DNA of 64,000 nt from Desulfobacca acetoxidans (GTDB lineage: Bacteria; Desulfobacterota; Desulfobaccia; Desulfobaccales; 0-14-0-80-60-11), in the NCBI GenBank assembly GCA_020722205.1, contig DYLF01000004.1, positions 17,375 to 81,374 of the forward strand, read 5' to 3'. Below the pieces are notes generated by a model. That model had not been told where the DNA came from. It worked only from the letters and a program-made list of their open reading frames with translations, and searched no databases. Shown here in pieces: positions 8,946 to 18,215 of this stretch. The position numbers were made by a program, and so were the translations under genes. How positions within the stretch are numbered: the first letter of the stretch is position 1; each line of letters begins with the position of its first letter.

Positions 8946-10328
8946 TCAGGCCACTTGGGAGGTCTGGCCGGATTCCAGGACACCCAGGTGACGGTATTCG
9001 TGCAGTTTGTTGCGTAAGGTGCGGACACTGATGCCCAACAGCTTGGCGGCGTGGGTGCGGTTGCCGGAAGTTTCGTGCAGCGCCTGAAAGATCAGGTGCT
9101 GCTCCATTTCCCGCAAGGTTACCGGCTTGTCCCCAGTCAGAGGTGTCGGTCCCTCTGAAGTAACCGGCAGTTCTCCTGCTAATTCCTTGGCCCGCACGTA
9201 GTTGCCTTCGGCCAGCAATACCCCCCGGGCGATGGCGTTCTCCAATTGCCGGACGTTTCCCGGCCAGTCGGCTTTTTCCAGGAAATTCAAAGCCGCTGTG
9301 GTAAACCGCAAATTGCCTTTCTTGAAAAGCTGGGCATATCGCCGTAAAAAGAATTCTGCTAGCAGGGGAATGTCTTGACGCCTGGCTCGCAAGGGCGGCA
9401 GGGTCAAGGAGATTACTTGGAGGCGGTAGAACAGGTCCTCCCGAAAGGTTCCTTTGTGAATTAGCTCGCTCAGATTCTGGTTGGTGGTGGCTATGACGCG
9501 TACATTCAGGGAGACCGGCCGGTTTCCCCCTACGCGATCAATTTCATTTTCCTGAAGCACCCGCAGGAGTTTGGCCTGCAGATGAGGATGCATCTCGCTG
9601 ACTTCATCCAACAGCAGGGTGCCGGTCTGGGCCAGTTCAAATTTGCCCAGCTTACGCATAATGGCTCCGGTAAAGGCCCCTTTTTCGTGGCCAAAGAGTT
9701 CGCTTTCCAACAAACCCTCCGGTAGAGCGGCACAGTTCACCGCCACAAAGGGGCCAGCCGCCCGGTCGCTTTTGGCATGGATATATCGAGCCAGGACCTC
9801 TTTGCCGGTGCCGGACTCCCCTTGGATCAAAACCGTCGCTCGGGTGCCGGCCACCGCTTCGGCCAAGCGCAGGATGTGCAACATGGCGGGATCCTGGGTG
9901 ATGACCGGACGCAACGAGTGTTCCGCCGGGCCACCTGATTTTCCGGACAATGAGGGCTGGTGACCGTTGCCGGCGTAAGGCGCCACCAACTCGTGAAGTC
10001 TTTCCCAATCCAGAGGACCTGCCAGATAATCCTGGGCTCCTTGACGCATGGCCCTCTTGGCGCCTTCCACTGTGGGCTGGGCCGTGAGGAGACAAACCGG
10101 CAAAAAGGGAAATTCCTCTTTGATCTCGGTCAAAAGCTGGTTCTGATCCACACCCGGCACAGAATCAGCCAACAGCACCAGCAAATAGAATTTCTGGCGC
10201 AACTGCTCCTTAAGCCTGAAGACGGTACCTACTTGGGTGAGGTCCACCTGCAGTGTCTTGGCAAGGCGGGGGCGAACCTCCTCCCAAAATGGATGGGTAT
10301 CCAACACCATAATGGCTTTATTGCTCAT
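8946..10328 (-). CDS. sigma-54-dependent transcriptional activator with a degenerate receiver domain (FleQ/FlrA-like)
   Basis: AAA+ sigma-54 interaction domain ('GESGTGKE', 'GAFTGA', 'LLLDEV') and a C-terminal Fis-type HTH ('GNRTHAAKLLGISVRTLRNKL'). The N-terminal REC-like fold reads 'LLVLLADSVPGVD' where a canonical phosphoacceptor is expected. Lies directly upstream of the flagellar operon. Confidence 0.85.
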   Translation of the reverse strand: MSNKAIMVLDTHPFWEEVRPRLAKTLQVDLTQVGTVFRLKEQLRQKFYLLVLLADSVPGVDQNQLLTEIKEEFPFLPVCLLTAQPTVEGAKRAMRQGAQDYLAGPLDWERLHELVAPYAGNGHQPSLSGKSGGPAEHSLRPVITQDPAMLHILRLAEAVAGTRATVLIQGESGTGKEVLARYIHAKSDRAAGPFVAVNCAALPEGLLESELFGHEKGAFTGAIMRKLGKFELAQTGTLLLDEVSEMHPHLQAKLLRVLQENEIDRVGGNRPVSLNVRVIATTNQNLSELIHKGTFREDLFYRLQVISLTLPPLRARRQDIPLLAEFFLRRYAQLFKKGNLRFTTAALNFLEKADWPGNVRQLENAIARGVLLAEGNYVRAKELAGELPVTSEGPTPLTGDKPVTLREMEQHLIFQALHETSGNRTHAAKLLGISVRTLRNKLHEYRHLGVLESGQTSQVA

Positions 10329-10349
10329 ACCGACATCCTAATTTATCAC

Positions 10350-11396
10350 TCAGGGGGATAGTTCGGCGGCCTGCTGCTTCAGTTCCAAATCCGTAAGACG
10401 AGTGCGGGCCAACAGTTGCCAGAACTGGTCACTGTCATTTGCCATCACCTGAAAAGCCTCTTTTGCTTCCTCCAAACGCTGGTCCTTTAGCCGCTTGAGA
10501 CCCAGGCGGTCATAGGAAAAGGCCGCAGTGTCTGGTGAGACTGGTAAAGGCCCCTTGCCCTCATCGAGGTTGGCTTTGTTAGCCGTTTTATCGGGCTCTG
10601 AGACCTGGTGTGCCGCCGACGGCAAAAACGCTTCCCCTTGCGTCAGAAGCCCCTTCTCCTTTAATAATTTACTCACCAATAACCCGGCAGCTGGAGGCCT
10701 CAAACCAGCGGGGGTGAGGTCCCACAAGGCCAAAACTTCCTCCAGGAGAGATAACGGGTGCGGTCCGCGGTCCCCCACCTGCAAGACCACCGCCTGCCAA
10801 CCCATCTCCACAGTGTGGCGCACTTCTGATTCCTCTGTCACCCCCAAAAGCTTTGACAAATTTTCCAAAAAATGCCGAAAGGCGCGTGTTTTCTCCCCCT
10901 CTGTTAATCCTCGGACCAATTCCAACCTCAAAGCGCCAAAACGGGCTTGGGCCCCTACCCGGGTGCCGGAATACAATACCGCGGTTAAAGTATAGACTTC
11001 CCAGGCCTTGTCCAGTTGGCCGGTTTTCTCGGCCAGCTTGGCCAGAGTCGTCAAGGCCCGGGAGCGGTCAGGGTGTTGGGGAAAAAGGTTGATAAATCTC
11101 AGGAGAAGCTCGCTGGCGCCTGATAAGTCATCCTTGCTCTCGAGGCTCCGGGCGCGTTGCAGCAGGGAGTCGGGAGCCTCAAATTTAACTGCTTGGGGTT
11201 GAGATGGCGTCAGGGTGAGGGTGAAGGGACGGGGCTGAACTGCAATAGAGCTCACCTCTCCGGTTCTGATCAGGTGTTGGCGCCGATGGGCCGGAGCTTC
11301 CTGACTACCAATCAGCACCAAGCAAAGGCCAAGAACCACCGGCACCAGCCGCCACTTTTGCTTTTTGGATTGCTGTTTTCGGATTTCCGGTGTCAC
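10350..11396 (-). CDS. secreted/periplasmic helical-repeat (TPR-like) protein, function unknown
   Basis: N-terminal basic segment, hydrophobic signal/anchor and an Ala-rich cleavage-like site. The remainder is helical-repeat-like. Stops 22 nt before the FleQ-like gene, so co-transcription is likely. Confidence 0.55.
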   Translation of the reverse strand: MTPEIRKQQSKKQKWRLVPVVLGLCLVLIGSQEAPAHRRQHLIRTGEVSSIAVQPRPFTLTLTPSQPQAVKFEAPDSLLQRARSLESKDDLSGASELLLRFINLFPQHPDRSRALTTLAKLAEKTGQLDKAWEVYTLTAVLYSGTRVGAQARFGALRLELVRGLTEGEKTRAFRHFLENLSKLLGVTEESEVRHTVEMGWQAVVLQVGDRGPHPLSLLEEVLALWDLTPAGLRPPAAGLLVSKLLKEKGLLTQGEAFLPSAAHQVSEPDKTANKANLDEGKGPLPVSPDTAAFSYDRLGLKRLKDQRLEEAKEAFQVMANDSDQFWQLLARTRLTDLELKQQAAELSP

Positions 11397-11457
11397 CTTG
11401 GTCGCTTTTCTCCTGAGGCGAGGGATTTAAAGTATCGACTCCACTCAGGTCGCGGTT

Positions 11458-11799
11458 TCAACGCTCTTGCGTCCAGCGTTTGCGGTTCAATTCTTCCAGC
11501 AGATGGATGATTCTCTCATTCTGCTGAATCAGGGTGAGATTCGTCTTGACCACGTATTGGCTGGCCAAGGCGATCTTCTCCAACAACGGCTCCTGTCGAT
11601 CGCCGTAAGTTACCCCGGATTGACTCAGTTTGGCCATGGCCTCAAAGAATTCATTATTCAGCACTAAAAAAGGCGTAGCCGACTGGCTGGTTTGAGCGTT
11701 GGCTGGCAGGACTAAAAAATCAGACCTCATCTCGCACATCAGCCAGACAAAACCCGCGGCTAACATGCTTAGAATGACAAGTTTATACTCAATCTTCAT
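11458..11799 (-). CDS. small membrane-anchored/secreted hypothetical protein
   Basis: 113 aa with an N-terminal hydrophobic helix 'LVILSMLAAGFVWLM'. First ORF of the 11.8-8.9 kb co-directional group. Confidence 0.5.
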   Translation of the reverse strand: MKIEYKLVILSMLAAGFVWLMCEMRSDFLVLPANAQTSQSATPFLVLNNEFFEAMAKLSQSGVTYGDRQEPLLEKIALASQYVVKTNLTLIQQNERIIHLLEELNRKRWTQER

Positions 11800-12250
11800 T
11801 TCAAATGTCCTTTATTCTATCTCTCCTCCTGGCGGGGCCAGCGCAGGCTTGAGTGCTTATATATAAGCAAATACAAATAGTTATATTAAACTAGTACTAT
11901 TTGCGGGCCGCCATTATCCTGGTTGAGGGATAAAAAAACCGGATTGTTTTTTGCGCCTGCACCCTCCTGATAATCAATTCTTGTTATCCCTGCTCAAAAT
12001 CCCGGCGGTCTGCTCGTCAGGTCGAAGTGGTGCATGTAGAGACCATATCCTGAGAGGGCTTGTTATTTGGAGAGAGCAAGAGTCATACCAGGGGGACGAA
12101 AGATAGGGATAGATGATAAATAGTGGTTTTCCATGGGTTACGGGGCTGACGGGAGGGCTTGGCGGCTGGCTGCTCCGTCAAAAAGCCTGGAAGGCTGTCA
12201 TTGTTTTGACGGGGGGAGGGCCAAAGTATGGGTTTCAGTCTCGGCCGAGG

Positions 12251-13675
12251 TCAGAGAAATTTTCTGGGCATCAGAAACGGCGGTGGCTGAGGATGAATGT
12301 TTTGTTTCTTCATTTTTTCGATTAGGGTGGTGCGGTTAAGGTGCAAGAGACGAGCTGCCTGGCTTTTCACCCAATTGCAGCGGGCCAATGCCTTGAGGAT
12401 GAGTTCCTTTTCAAACTCTTGCACCGCCAGGTTAAGGTCAAGGCCCTCTTCAGGGAGTTCTTGGGGCGCGGCAGCGAGAGGAGAAGAGGTTAGACCCTGA
12501 AAGCGCTCAGGGAGATCCTTTAGATCGATGACCTCCCTTTCAGTTAGAATGACTAACCGCTCCAGGAGGTTCTCCAGTTCCCGCACGTTGCCGGGCCAGG
12601 AGTATTTGAAGAGAGACTCCATGGCGGCGTTGCTCAGTCGCTTTAGGGGTTTCTTCCTTTTGCGGCTGAACTCCTGAAGAAAGTGTGACACCAGCAAAGG
12701 GATGTCAGAGGTGCGATCACGCAAGGGTGGTACCCGGATGGGGATGACGTTGAGCCGATAATACAGATCTTCCCGGAAAAGGTTCTTTGCTACTAGTTCT
12801 TCCAGAGCCTGGTTGGTGGCGGCAATGACCCGGAGATCCACCCGGATGGTTTTGACCCCGCCGATGCGTTCAAAGGTCCGATCCTGGAGAACCCGCAGGA
12901 TCTTCACCTGTAAGCCGGGGCTCATGTCGGCGATTTCATCCAGGAAGATGGTGCCGCCGTTGGCCTGCTCAAACCGACCGATCCGCGTGCGCAAAGCGTG
13001 GGTAAAGGCCCCCCGTTCATGGCCGAAGAGCTCGCTTTCCAGGAGCTCTTCCGGGATGGCGGCACAGTTCACCGGAATCAAAGGCCCCTGGCGGCGCTGG
13101 CTGTTGTAATGGATAGCCCGGGCAATCAATTCTTTGCCGGTGCCGGATTCCCCGGTAATGAGCACCGTTGAATCAGTGTCTGCCACTTTTCTGATCAGAT
13201 CAAAAACCTGGGTGATGGCCTCGCTGTTTCCGATCATGTTGGCAAAACCAAAGCGTTTCTGGAGCTGTTTCTTGAGCTGGATGTTTTCCTTCTCCAGTCG
13301 TTTGTGGTCCAGCGCCCTGGCCACCACCACGCGCAATTCTTCCAGTCTTACCGGCTTGGTCAGATAGTCATAAGCCCCCAGACGCATGGCCGTCACTGAA
13401 TCTTTGATGGTGGCCTGCCCGGTGATGATGATGCAGGCGCAGTCAGGACGGTGATGGACCAAAAACTTCAAGACATCCATACCACTTAGACCCGGCATGA
13501 CCATGTCGGTGAGCACCAGCTCAAAGGGCCGTTCCTGCACTTTTTGCAGACCGGCTTCACCGTCGGAGGCCACCTCCACCTCGAACCCTTCGGTCTTTAG
13601 GAGCCTCTGAAGGATTTGCCGATCATCCGGATCGTCTTCGATGATGAGAATGCTGGCGGCAGTTTTCTTGACCAT
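12251..13675 (-). CDS. NtrC-family sigma-54-dependent response regulator (orphan, no adjacent kinase)
   Basis: Canonical receiver ('ILIIEDDPDD', 'ELVLTDMVMPGLSG', 'GAYDYLTKP'), AAA+ domain ('GESGTGKE', 'IFLDEI') and a C-terminal HTH. The sigma-54 contact loop reads GAFTHA instead of GAFTGA. Confidence 0.9.
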   Translation of the reverse strand: MVKKTAASILIIEDDPDDRQILQRLLKTEGFEVEVASDGEAGLQKVQERPFELVLTDMVMPGLSGMDVLKFLVHHRPDCACIIITGQATIKDSVTAMRLGAYDYLTKPVRLEELRVVVARALDHKRLEKENIQLKKQLQKRFGFANMIGNSEAITQVFDLIRKVADTDSTVLITGESGTGKELIARAIHYNSQRRQGPLIPVNCAAIPEELLESELFGHERGAFTHALRTRIGRFEQANGGTIFLDEIADMSPGLQVKILRVLQDRTFERIGGVKTIRVDLRVIAATNQALEELVAKNLFREDLYYRLNVIPIRVPPLRDRTSDIPLLVSHFLQEFSRKRKKPLKRLSNAAMESLFKYSWPGNVRELENLLERLVILTEREVIDLKDLPERFQGLTSSPLAAAPQELPEEGLDLNLAVQEFEKELILKALARCNWVKSQAARLLHLNRTTLIEKMKKQNIHPQPPPFLMPRKFL

Positions 13676-13682
13676 ATGCCAT

Positions 13683-13711
13683 TACTTAACCAATATTTCC
13701 GCCTGTGTCAA
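13683..13711 (-). promoter_or_regulatory. candidate sigma-70 promoter of the NtrC-type regulator (TTGACA-17-TAAGTA)
   Basis: On the minus strand, a perfect TTGACA (13706-13711), a 17-nt spacer and TAAGTA (13683-13688). Only 7 nt separate the -10 element from the ATG at 13675. Confidence 0.4.
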
Positions 13712-13938
13712 TAATATGACATGATAAATCCGGCATGGGTTGATTGTCACCCTTCAGTCTGCTCCTCCCCCAGTTGGCAGGGGAGGTGGTTACAGTGGCA
13801 AATGTCTCATGTGTGCTGGGACTTGCTTGCCTATTGCGTTAAAAAGGCCGGCAAATGCTGATGCGCCGGCAGTTCACCCGAAGATATGAATAAGGCAACA
13901 GCAAAAGAAAAATAAAAATCATAACGGAGGAAAAAATC

Positions 13939-14316
13939 ATGCGTGAACTACTTCCCAGCACTCCGCCCCGGCCCACTCTGTCTGGCCCCTTAGGGAGCTA
14001 TTTAATGGGGCGACTAGCCGAACTGGACGCCCGGGCCGACCGTTTGGCCCGCCAGGCCGAGGACAAAGGCGATCTTAAAACGGCTCTCACCGCCACCCGG
14101 CTGAGCGCCAGCATTTTGGCCCAGATGGCCAGATTGGCACCCAAATGCGCAGAGGCCCTCAAGAACTGGCAACCGCCCCTCCTGGTGGGTGCGACTACGG
14201 ATTCGGCCACGCCGGCTGGATGGTCTCCAAAAGAACAACCTGGAGATGGTTGGGGTGCGTCTCCCAAGTCCGCCAACCCGCAAGCCGCCGGTCAAGAGAG
14301 CATAGCTGCACTGTAG
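13939..14316 (+). CDS. hypothetical protein (coiled-coil N-terminus, Pro/Gly-rich tail)
   Basis: 125-aa ORF with GGAGG 8 nt upstream of the ATG and an AT-rich region before it. No recognisable catalytic motif. The opposite-strand ORFs are shadow frames. Confidence 0.4.
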   Translation: MRELLPSTPPRPTLSGPLGSYLMGRLAELDARADRLARQAEDKGDLKTALTATRLSASILAQMARLAPKCAEALKNWQPPLLVGATTDSATPAGWSPKEQPGDGWGASPKSANPQAAGQESIAAL

Positions 14317-14736
14317 ACCATCTCCTCCCTGCAGGGCAAAGTTGTCCAAAGGAGGCAGGTCGGCTTCACCGACTCCGCCGTCAGGGTGGTCAATGCTGCG
14401 CGGTACCGCGGGACATAACTGCCGCCCTTTGGCAGGAACTCAACCCGGAGAAAATGACTTGAGTTGGGCAGGCTGAGGTTTAATGTCGGAAATCCATGCA
14501 TTTGTTTTGCAATGCCCGTGAAGCGCTCTGAGTCACCATTTGACATGACAAACTATCCTGGCCTCCCTTATTAGAGGGGCTACGGGCGAAAGGGAAAGGA
14601 TAATGATCAGTGGGTAAGGAAGTCGAGGAAAATTCTCGGCGGGGTTTTAAATTTCGTCCATACTCTCTGCTCCTTCTGGAGACAGGCTCTTGGCGGGGCT
14701 GCGTAGTTCCTGGTTAAGGACCAACATCTGGAACCG

Positions 14737-15333
14737 ATGGATGAGAGATTGACTTCCCAAAAAATTGTTGCTAAGGTAAAAATAATTACCGAGAGGTTCC
14801 GTTTTGTGTTGCCTACCGTGTTTTTTGTCCTGGGAGCTTATGGCGTTTATGCGCTCTATGCCGTGGGCCTGGACCGCCAAGGCAGGCGGTTGCGCCTGAC
14901 CAGCAAGTCAAGAAATTTCTGGTTGGCCAGGGGCCTAGCCTGGTTGGGGCTGGGGCTTCTTTTCTGGTTCCTGATCCAGTTGTCACCCCGGTATGCCGAC
15001 CACCGGATTAAGCTTGCCGGCATTCTCGGCTCTAGTGTGATGGAGGAACCGGCGGCCGTTCGCGTCGAGCCGCAGCCGGTCTCTCAATCTTTGCCGCGCC
15101 TTAAGCCAAGCAAACAGCCGGCTTACGCCCTGTTGCACCCGGAAACGCCGCCGGTGCACTTGACGCCACCTCCCAAAACCATCCGACCCCGAGCCCGAGT
15201 TATTCACCGAGCGAAGATGAAGAGCGTTACCCTGGCCCCAGCCAAGAAAAACAAAGCAGTGAGTCAGGTCTCGAGAAAAGCCAAGGACAAGGGGACTGCC
15301 AAGAGTCGGAACAAAAGGAAGAAGGCCGGTTAG
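14737..15333 (+). CDS. membrane protein with a Lys/Arg-rich C-terminal tail, function unknown
   Basis: Two predicted TM helices ('FVLPTVFFVLGAYGVYALYAV', 'LAWLGLGLLFWFLIQL'), then a Pro-rich linker and a highly basic tail ('RKAKDKGTAKSRNKRKKAG'). Confidence 0.5.
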   Translation: MDERLTSQKIVAKVKIITERFRFVLPTVFFVLGAYGVYALYAVGLDRQGRRLRLTSKSRNFWLARGLAWLGLGLLFWFLIQLSPRYADHRIKLAGILGSSVMEEPAAVRVEPQPVSQSLPRLKPSKQPAYALLHPETPPVHLTPPPKTIRPRARVIHRAKMKSVTLAPAKKNKAVSQVSRKAKDKGTAKSRNKRKKAG

Positions 15334-15490
15334 CCAGACCTCTCATTACACGCCTCTAGACAACCTGCTTATTAGCCGAGTGGTTATGTCAGCTAATCAC
15401 TGTGTTGTAATGTGGATTATGACCCCGCTCTCCTTGTCTCTTAAACTCCTCATTCTCTTCCGCTCTGTCGCCGATAGCCGGGTGTAACCT

Positions 15491-17095
15491 TTGACTCAGT
15501 CACCCTCTCAGCACACCGGCAGCATTGCCCGCGCGGCCGGCGCCATGAGTGTCGCCGTCTTTGCCAGCCGTATTCTGGGGTTGGTGCGCGAGCAGGTGTT
15601 TGCCGGCCTGTTCGGGGCCGGTTACGCCATTGACGCCTTTGTGGTGGCCTACCGAATTCCCAACCTGCTCCGTGACCTGTTGGCGGAAGGGGCATTGAGC
15701 AGCGCTTTTGTCACGGTTTTTGCCCAGTCTGAACAGCGCTTCGGCCTAGCCCGCACTCTCAGGCTGGCCAATAACGTCATAGTTTGCTTTACTCTTCTGG
15801 TGGGCGGCATTGTGCTTCTCGGCATGATAAGCTCTTCCCGGCTGGTGGCCCTGATGGCCCCTGATTTCTCGTTGATTCCCGGCAAACACCAACTGAGCGC
15901 GTGTATGACCACCATCATGTTCCCCTTTCTGTTGGTGATCTCATTGGCCGCCCTCGCCATGGGCATCCTTAATAATCGGGGGAAATTTTTCATTCCGGCC
16001 TTAGCTTCAAGTTTCTATAACCTGGGGTCCATCGTTGTGGGAGTGTCTCTGAGTCTGGTGATGCCTCGGTTTGGGTTTCAGCCCATCGTCGGGATGGCGT
16101 GCGGCACGCTGGTCGGCGGGTTCCTGCAGCTGGCGGTCCAAGTCCCGCTGCTCTACCAGGTGGGTTTTCGCCCGGCGTGGGTTTTTGAGCCAGGCGACGA
16201 AGGTCTGCGCCAAATTCTGAAACTGATGTTGCCGGCTGTGGTGGGGATGTCGGCTTCCCAGATCAATATCTTTATCAACACCTTTTATGCCTCCAGTTGC
16301 GCCGAAGGCAGCGTTTCCTGGTTGAATTATGCTTATCGACTGGTCCATTTGCCTCAGGGGTTGTTTGGGGTGGCCCTGGCGGTGGCCACTTTACCCCTGG
16401 TTTCCAAACTGGCCGCCCAGGATAACCTGCCGGCCCTAAAAAAAGCGTGCGTTTCTTCCCTCTCTCTGGGTATGGCAGTTACTCTGCCCGCGGCCTGCGG
16501 ATTGATCGTGTTGGCCGAGCCCATCTGCGCCGTCATCTTTCAACATGGCCGCTTTACCCCCTGGGATACGGAGCAGACTGCGGCTGCCTTGGTCTATTAT
16601 AGTCTGGGGTTGGTAGCCTTCTCCGGGGTGAAGATTCTGGTGCCGGTGTTCTATGCCCTGAACGACACCCGGATACCGGTGGTGGGAAGTTTCTTGACGG
16701 TGGCCGCCAACCTGCTCTGCATCAACTTGACGCTGACCGCCTTACAACACCGGGCCATTGCTCTGTCCACCTCGCTGAGCATGATTATCAACTTCCTCTT
16801 CCTGGCCGTCATACTCTACCGCAAGGTTGAGGGTTATCCCGTCGGTCACCTGGCGGTCACCTTCACCAAGACGCTGGCCGCGTCCTTGTTGATGAGCCTG
16901 GCGGTCTCTTATGCGCATGCCACTCTCAGCGCTTGGCTGGGAGGCCGCCTCCTGCCCCAGATCATCACCCTGGCCGGGGCCATTCTGGTAGGCCTGGCCT
17001 GTTATTTCGGTGTTCTTTCTTTTCTCAAGGTGTCAGAACTTCAGGAGCTGGCCAAACAGCTCAGGGCAAAAATGGGGCGAGAGGCGCTGAGTTAA
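15491..17095 (+). CDS. murJ: lipid II flippase MurJ (MviN)
   Basis: 534-aa polytopic protein with MurJ N-terminal signatures 'SRILGLVREQVFAGLFGAGYAIDAFVVAYRIPNLLRDLLAEGALSSAFV'. TTG start as listed in the ORF track. Confidence 0.9.
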   Translation: MTQSPSQHTGSIARAAGAMSVAVFASRILGLVREQVFAGLFGAGYAIDAFVVAYRIPNLLRDLLAEGALSSAFVTVFAQSEQRFGLARTLRLANNVIVCFTLLVGGIVLLGMISSSRLVALMAPDFSLIPGKHQLSACMTTIMFPFLLVISLAALAMGILNNRGKFFIPALASSFYNLGSIVVGVSLSLVMPRFGFQPIVGMACGTLVGGFLQLAVQVPLLYQVGFRPAWVFEPGDEGLRQILKLMLPAVVGMSASQINIFINTFYASSCAEGSVSWLNYAYRLVHLPQGLFGVALAVATLPLVSKLAAQDNLPALKKACVSSLSLGMAVTLPAACGLIVLAEPICAVIFQHGRFTPWDTEQTAAALVYYSLGLVAFSGVKILVPVFYALNDTRIPVVGSFLTVAANLLCINLTLTALQHRAIALSTSLSMIINFLFLAVILYRKVEGYPVGHLAVTFTKTLAASLLMSLAVSYAHATLSAWLGGRLLPQIITLAGAILVGLACYFGVLSFLKVSELQELAKQLRAKMGREALS

Positions 17096-17286
17096 GGGTC
17101 AGAAGTCAGTTTTTAGGAAGTGCAAGCTCTGTAATCCTTAGCCTCTTTACACGTGCCGCTATCCTACAGCCGCTAGCCCATAGCCTCTTGCTCGGTTTAT
17201 AAGAATTGACTTTTCTGATGTCATTGGATAAGCTAGCATAAGCGGTACTATCTGTTTTAGTTAATTATATCAGAGGGTTTGGGAAC

Positions 17287-18213
17287 ATGGAAGTTACCTG
17301 CCAGAAATGCCGCACCAAATACTTCCTGGACGAGTCCCGGATCAAGGGGACGCAGGCCAAGGTGCGATGCTCCCGCTGCCAGAATGTCTTTGTCGTGTCG
17401 TTGGACCTACCTGTTGAGGAAGCCTTGACCCCTGCCGCCTCAGAAGAAAAATCGGCAGTCCTGGGGGATGATGCCCCGGGGGCTGAGTCGGTCTCCGGCT
17501 CTTCGGGACAGTTGTTAAGTTGGCTGACTGGTGAAGAGAAAAGTGAAATGGAGGAGGCGCCGGGAGCCGTGGTTGAAAGCGCTGCGGCATTAGTCCAGGA
17601 ACCCGTCAGCAGTCTCGCCCCACCCCGGACGCGCTGGTACCTTTGGGCCTTGGTGGGCATCATACCCCTCCTCTGTTTGGCTGGCCTAGGCGTGTGGTAC
17701 TATAAGTACTATAAACTGCCTCCTGCCGTTCCGACTCAAGAGACTGCCCAGGCAAGTGCCGGCCAATCCCCTGGGGCGGCTTCGGCAATGGTTCCCGCAG
17801 TGGAATTCAAAGAGCTGCAGATCGAGACCCAGAGGGTTCGTTACCAGGGTCTGGTCAATAAAAGGGGCGGGCAGCTTCTGGTGGTTCAGGGTAAGGTTAA
17901 GAACAGCAATTCTCAGCCCCGTGGTCCTGTTGCACTCAAAATCGTTTTGGTCGACGCCCGCCATCAACCAGTGAGCCAGAGCCAGTTTTTCTGTGGGTCG
18001 GTTTTCACAGATGAAGAATTGCTGAACTCGTCGCCGGAAGAACTCAACCGCTGGCTGTCCACCCCTGGAGGCCGGAATGCAAAGCCGATTATCAGTCCTG
18101 GCGACTCCCAGGAGTTTACCGGCATCATGTTTGGTGTGCCGGCAAATCTGGGCGAGAAAGGTTATGGCTACTATCTTGCCGTGGTTCAAGGGCCGAGGGT
18201 GAGCCAGCCCTGA
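17287..18213 (+). CDS. MJ0042-type zinc-ribbon protein with TM helix and DUF3426-like C-terminal domain
   Basis: N-terminal 'CQKCRTKYFLDESRIKGTQAKVRCSRCQNVF' (CxxC...CxxC), an acidic linker, one TM and a C-terminal beta-rich domain of the DUF3426 type. Confidence 0.7.
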   Translation: MEVTCQKCRTKYFLDESRIKGTQAKVRCSRCQNVFVVSLDLPVEEALTPAASEEKSAVLGDDAPGAESVSGSSGQLLSWLTGEEKSEMEEAPGAVVESAAALVQEPVSSLAPPRTRWYLWALVGIIPLLCLAGLGVWYYKYYKLPPAVPTQETAQASAGQSPGAASAMVPAVEFKELQIETQRVRYQGLVNKRGGQLLVVQGKVKNSNSQPRGPVALKIVLVDARHQPVSQSQFFCGSVFTDEELLNSSPEELNRWLSTPGGRNAKPIISPGDSQEFTGIMFGVPANLGEKGYGYYLAVVQGPRVSQP

Positions 18214-18215
18214 TA

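Noticed and set aside
12013-12100. Ribozyme- or riboswitch-like strings: CTGACGAG (minus strand, 12013-12020; hammerhead core-like) and GGGGACGAAAG (12090-12100; reminiscent of c-di-GMP-I)
   Set aside because: The partner elements are absent. For the hammerhead there is no GAAA with stem II and III complementarity. For GEMM-I there is no GGCAAACC or GCAAAGCC with pairing context. Isolated 8-10-mers are expected by chance.
13845-13860. TGGGAC-TTGC-TTGCC sigma-54-like element upstream of ORF 13939
   Set aside because: The spacing between GG and GC is one nucleotide too short (N4 instead of N5 between the hexamer and TTGC), so it does not fit the -24/-12 geometry.
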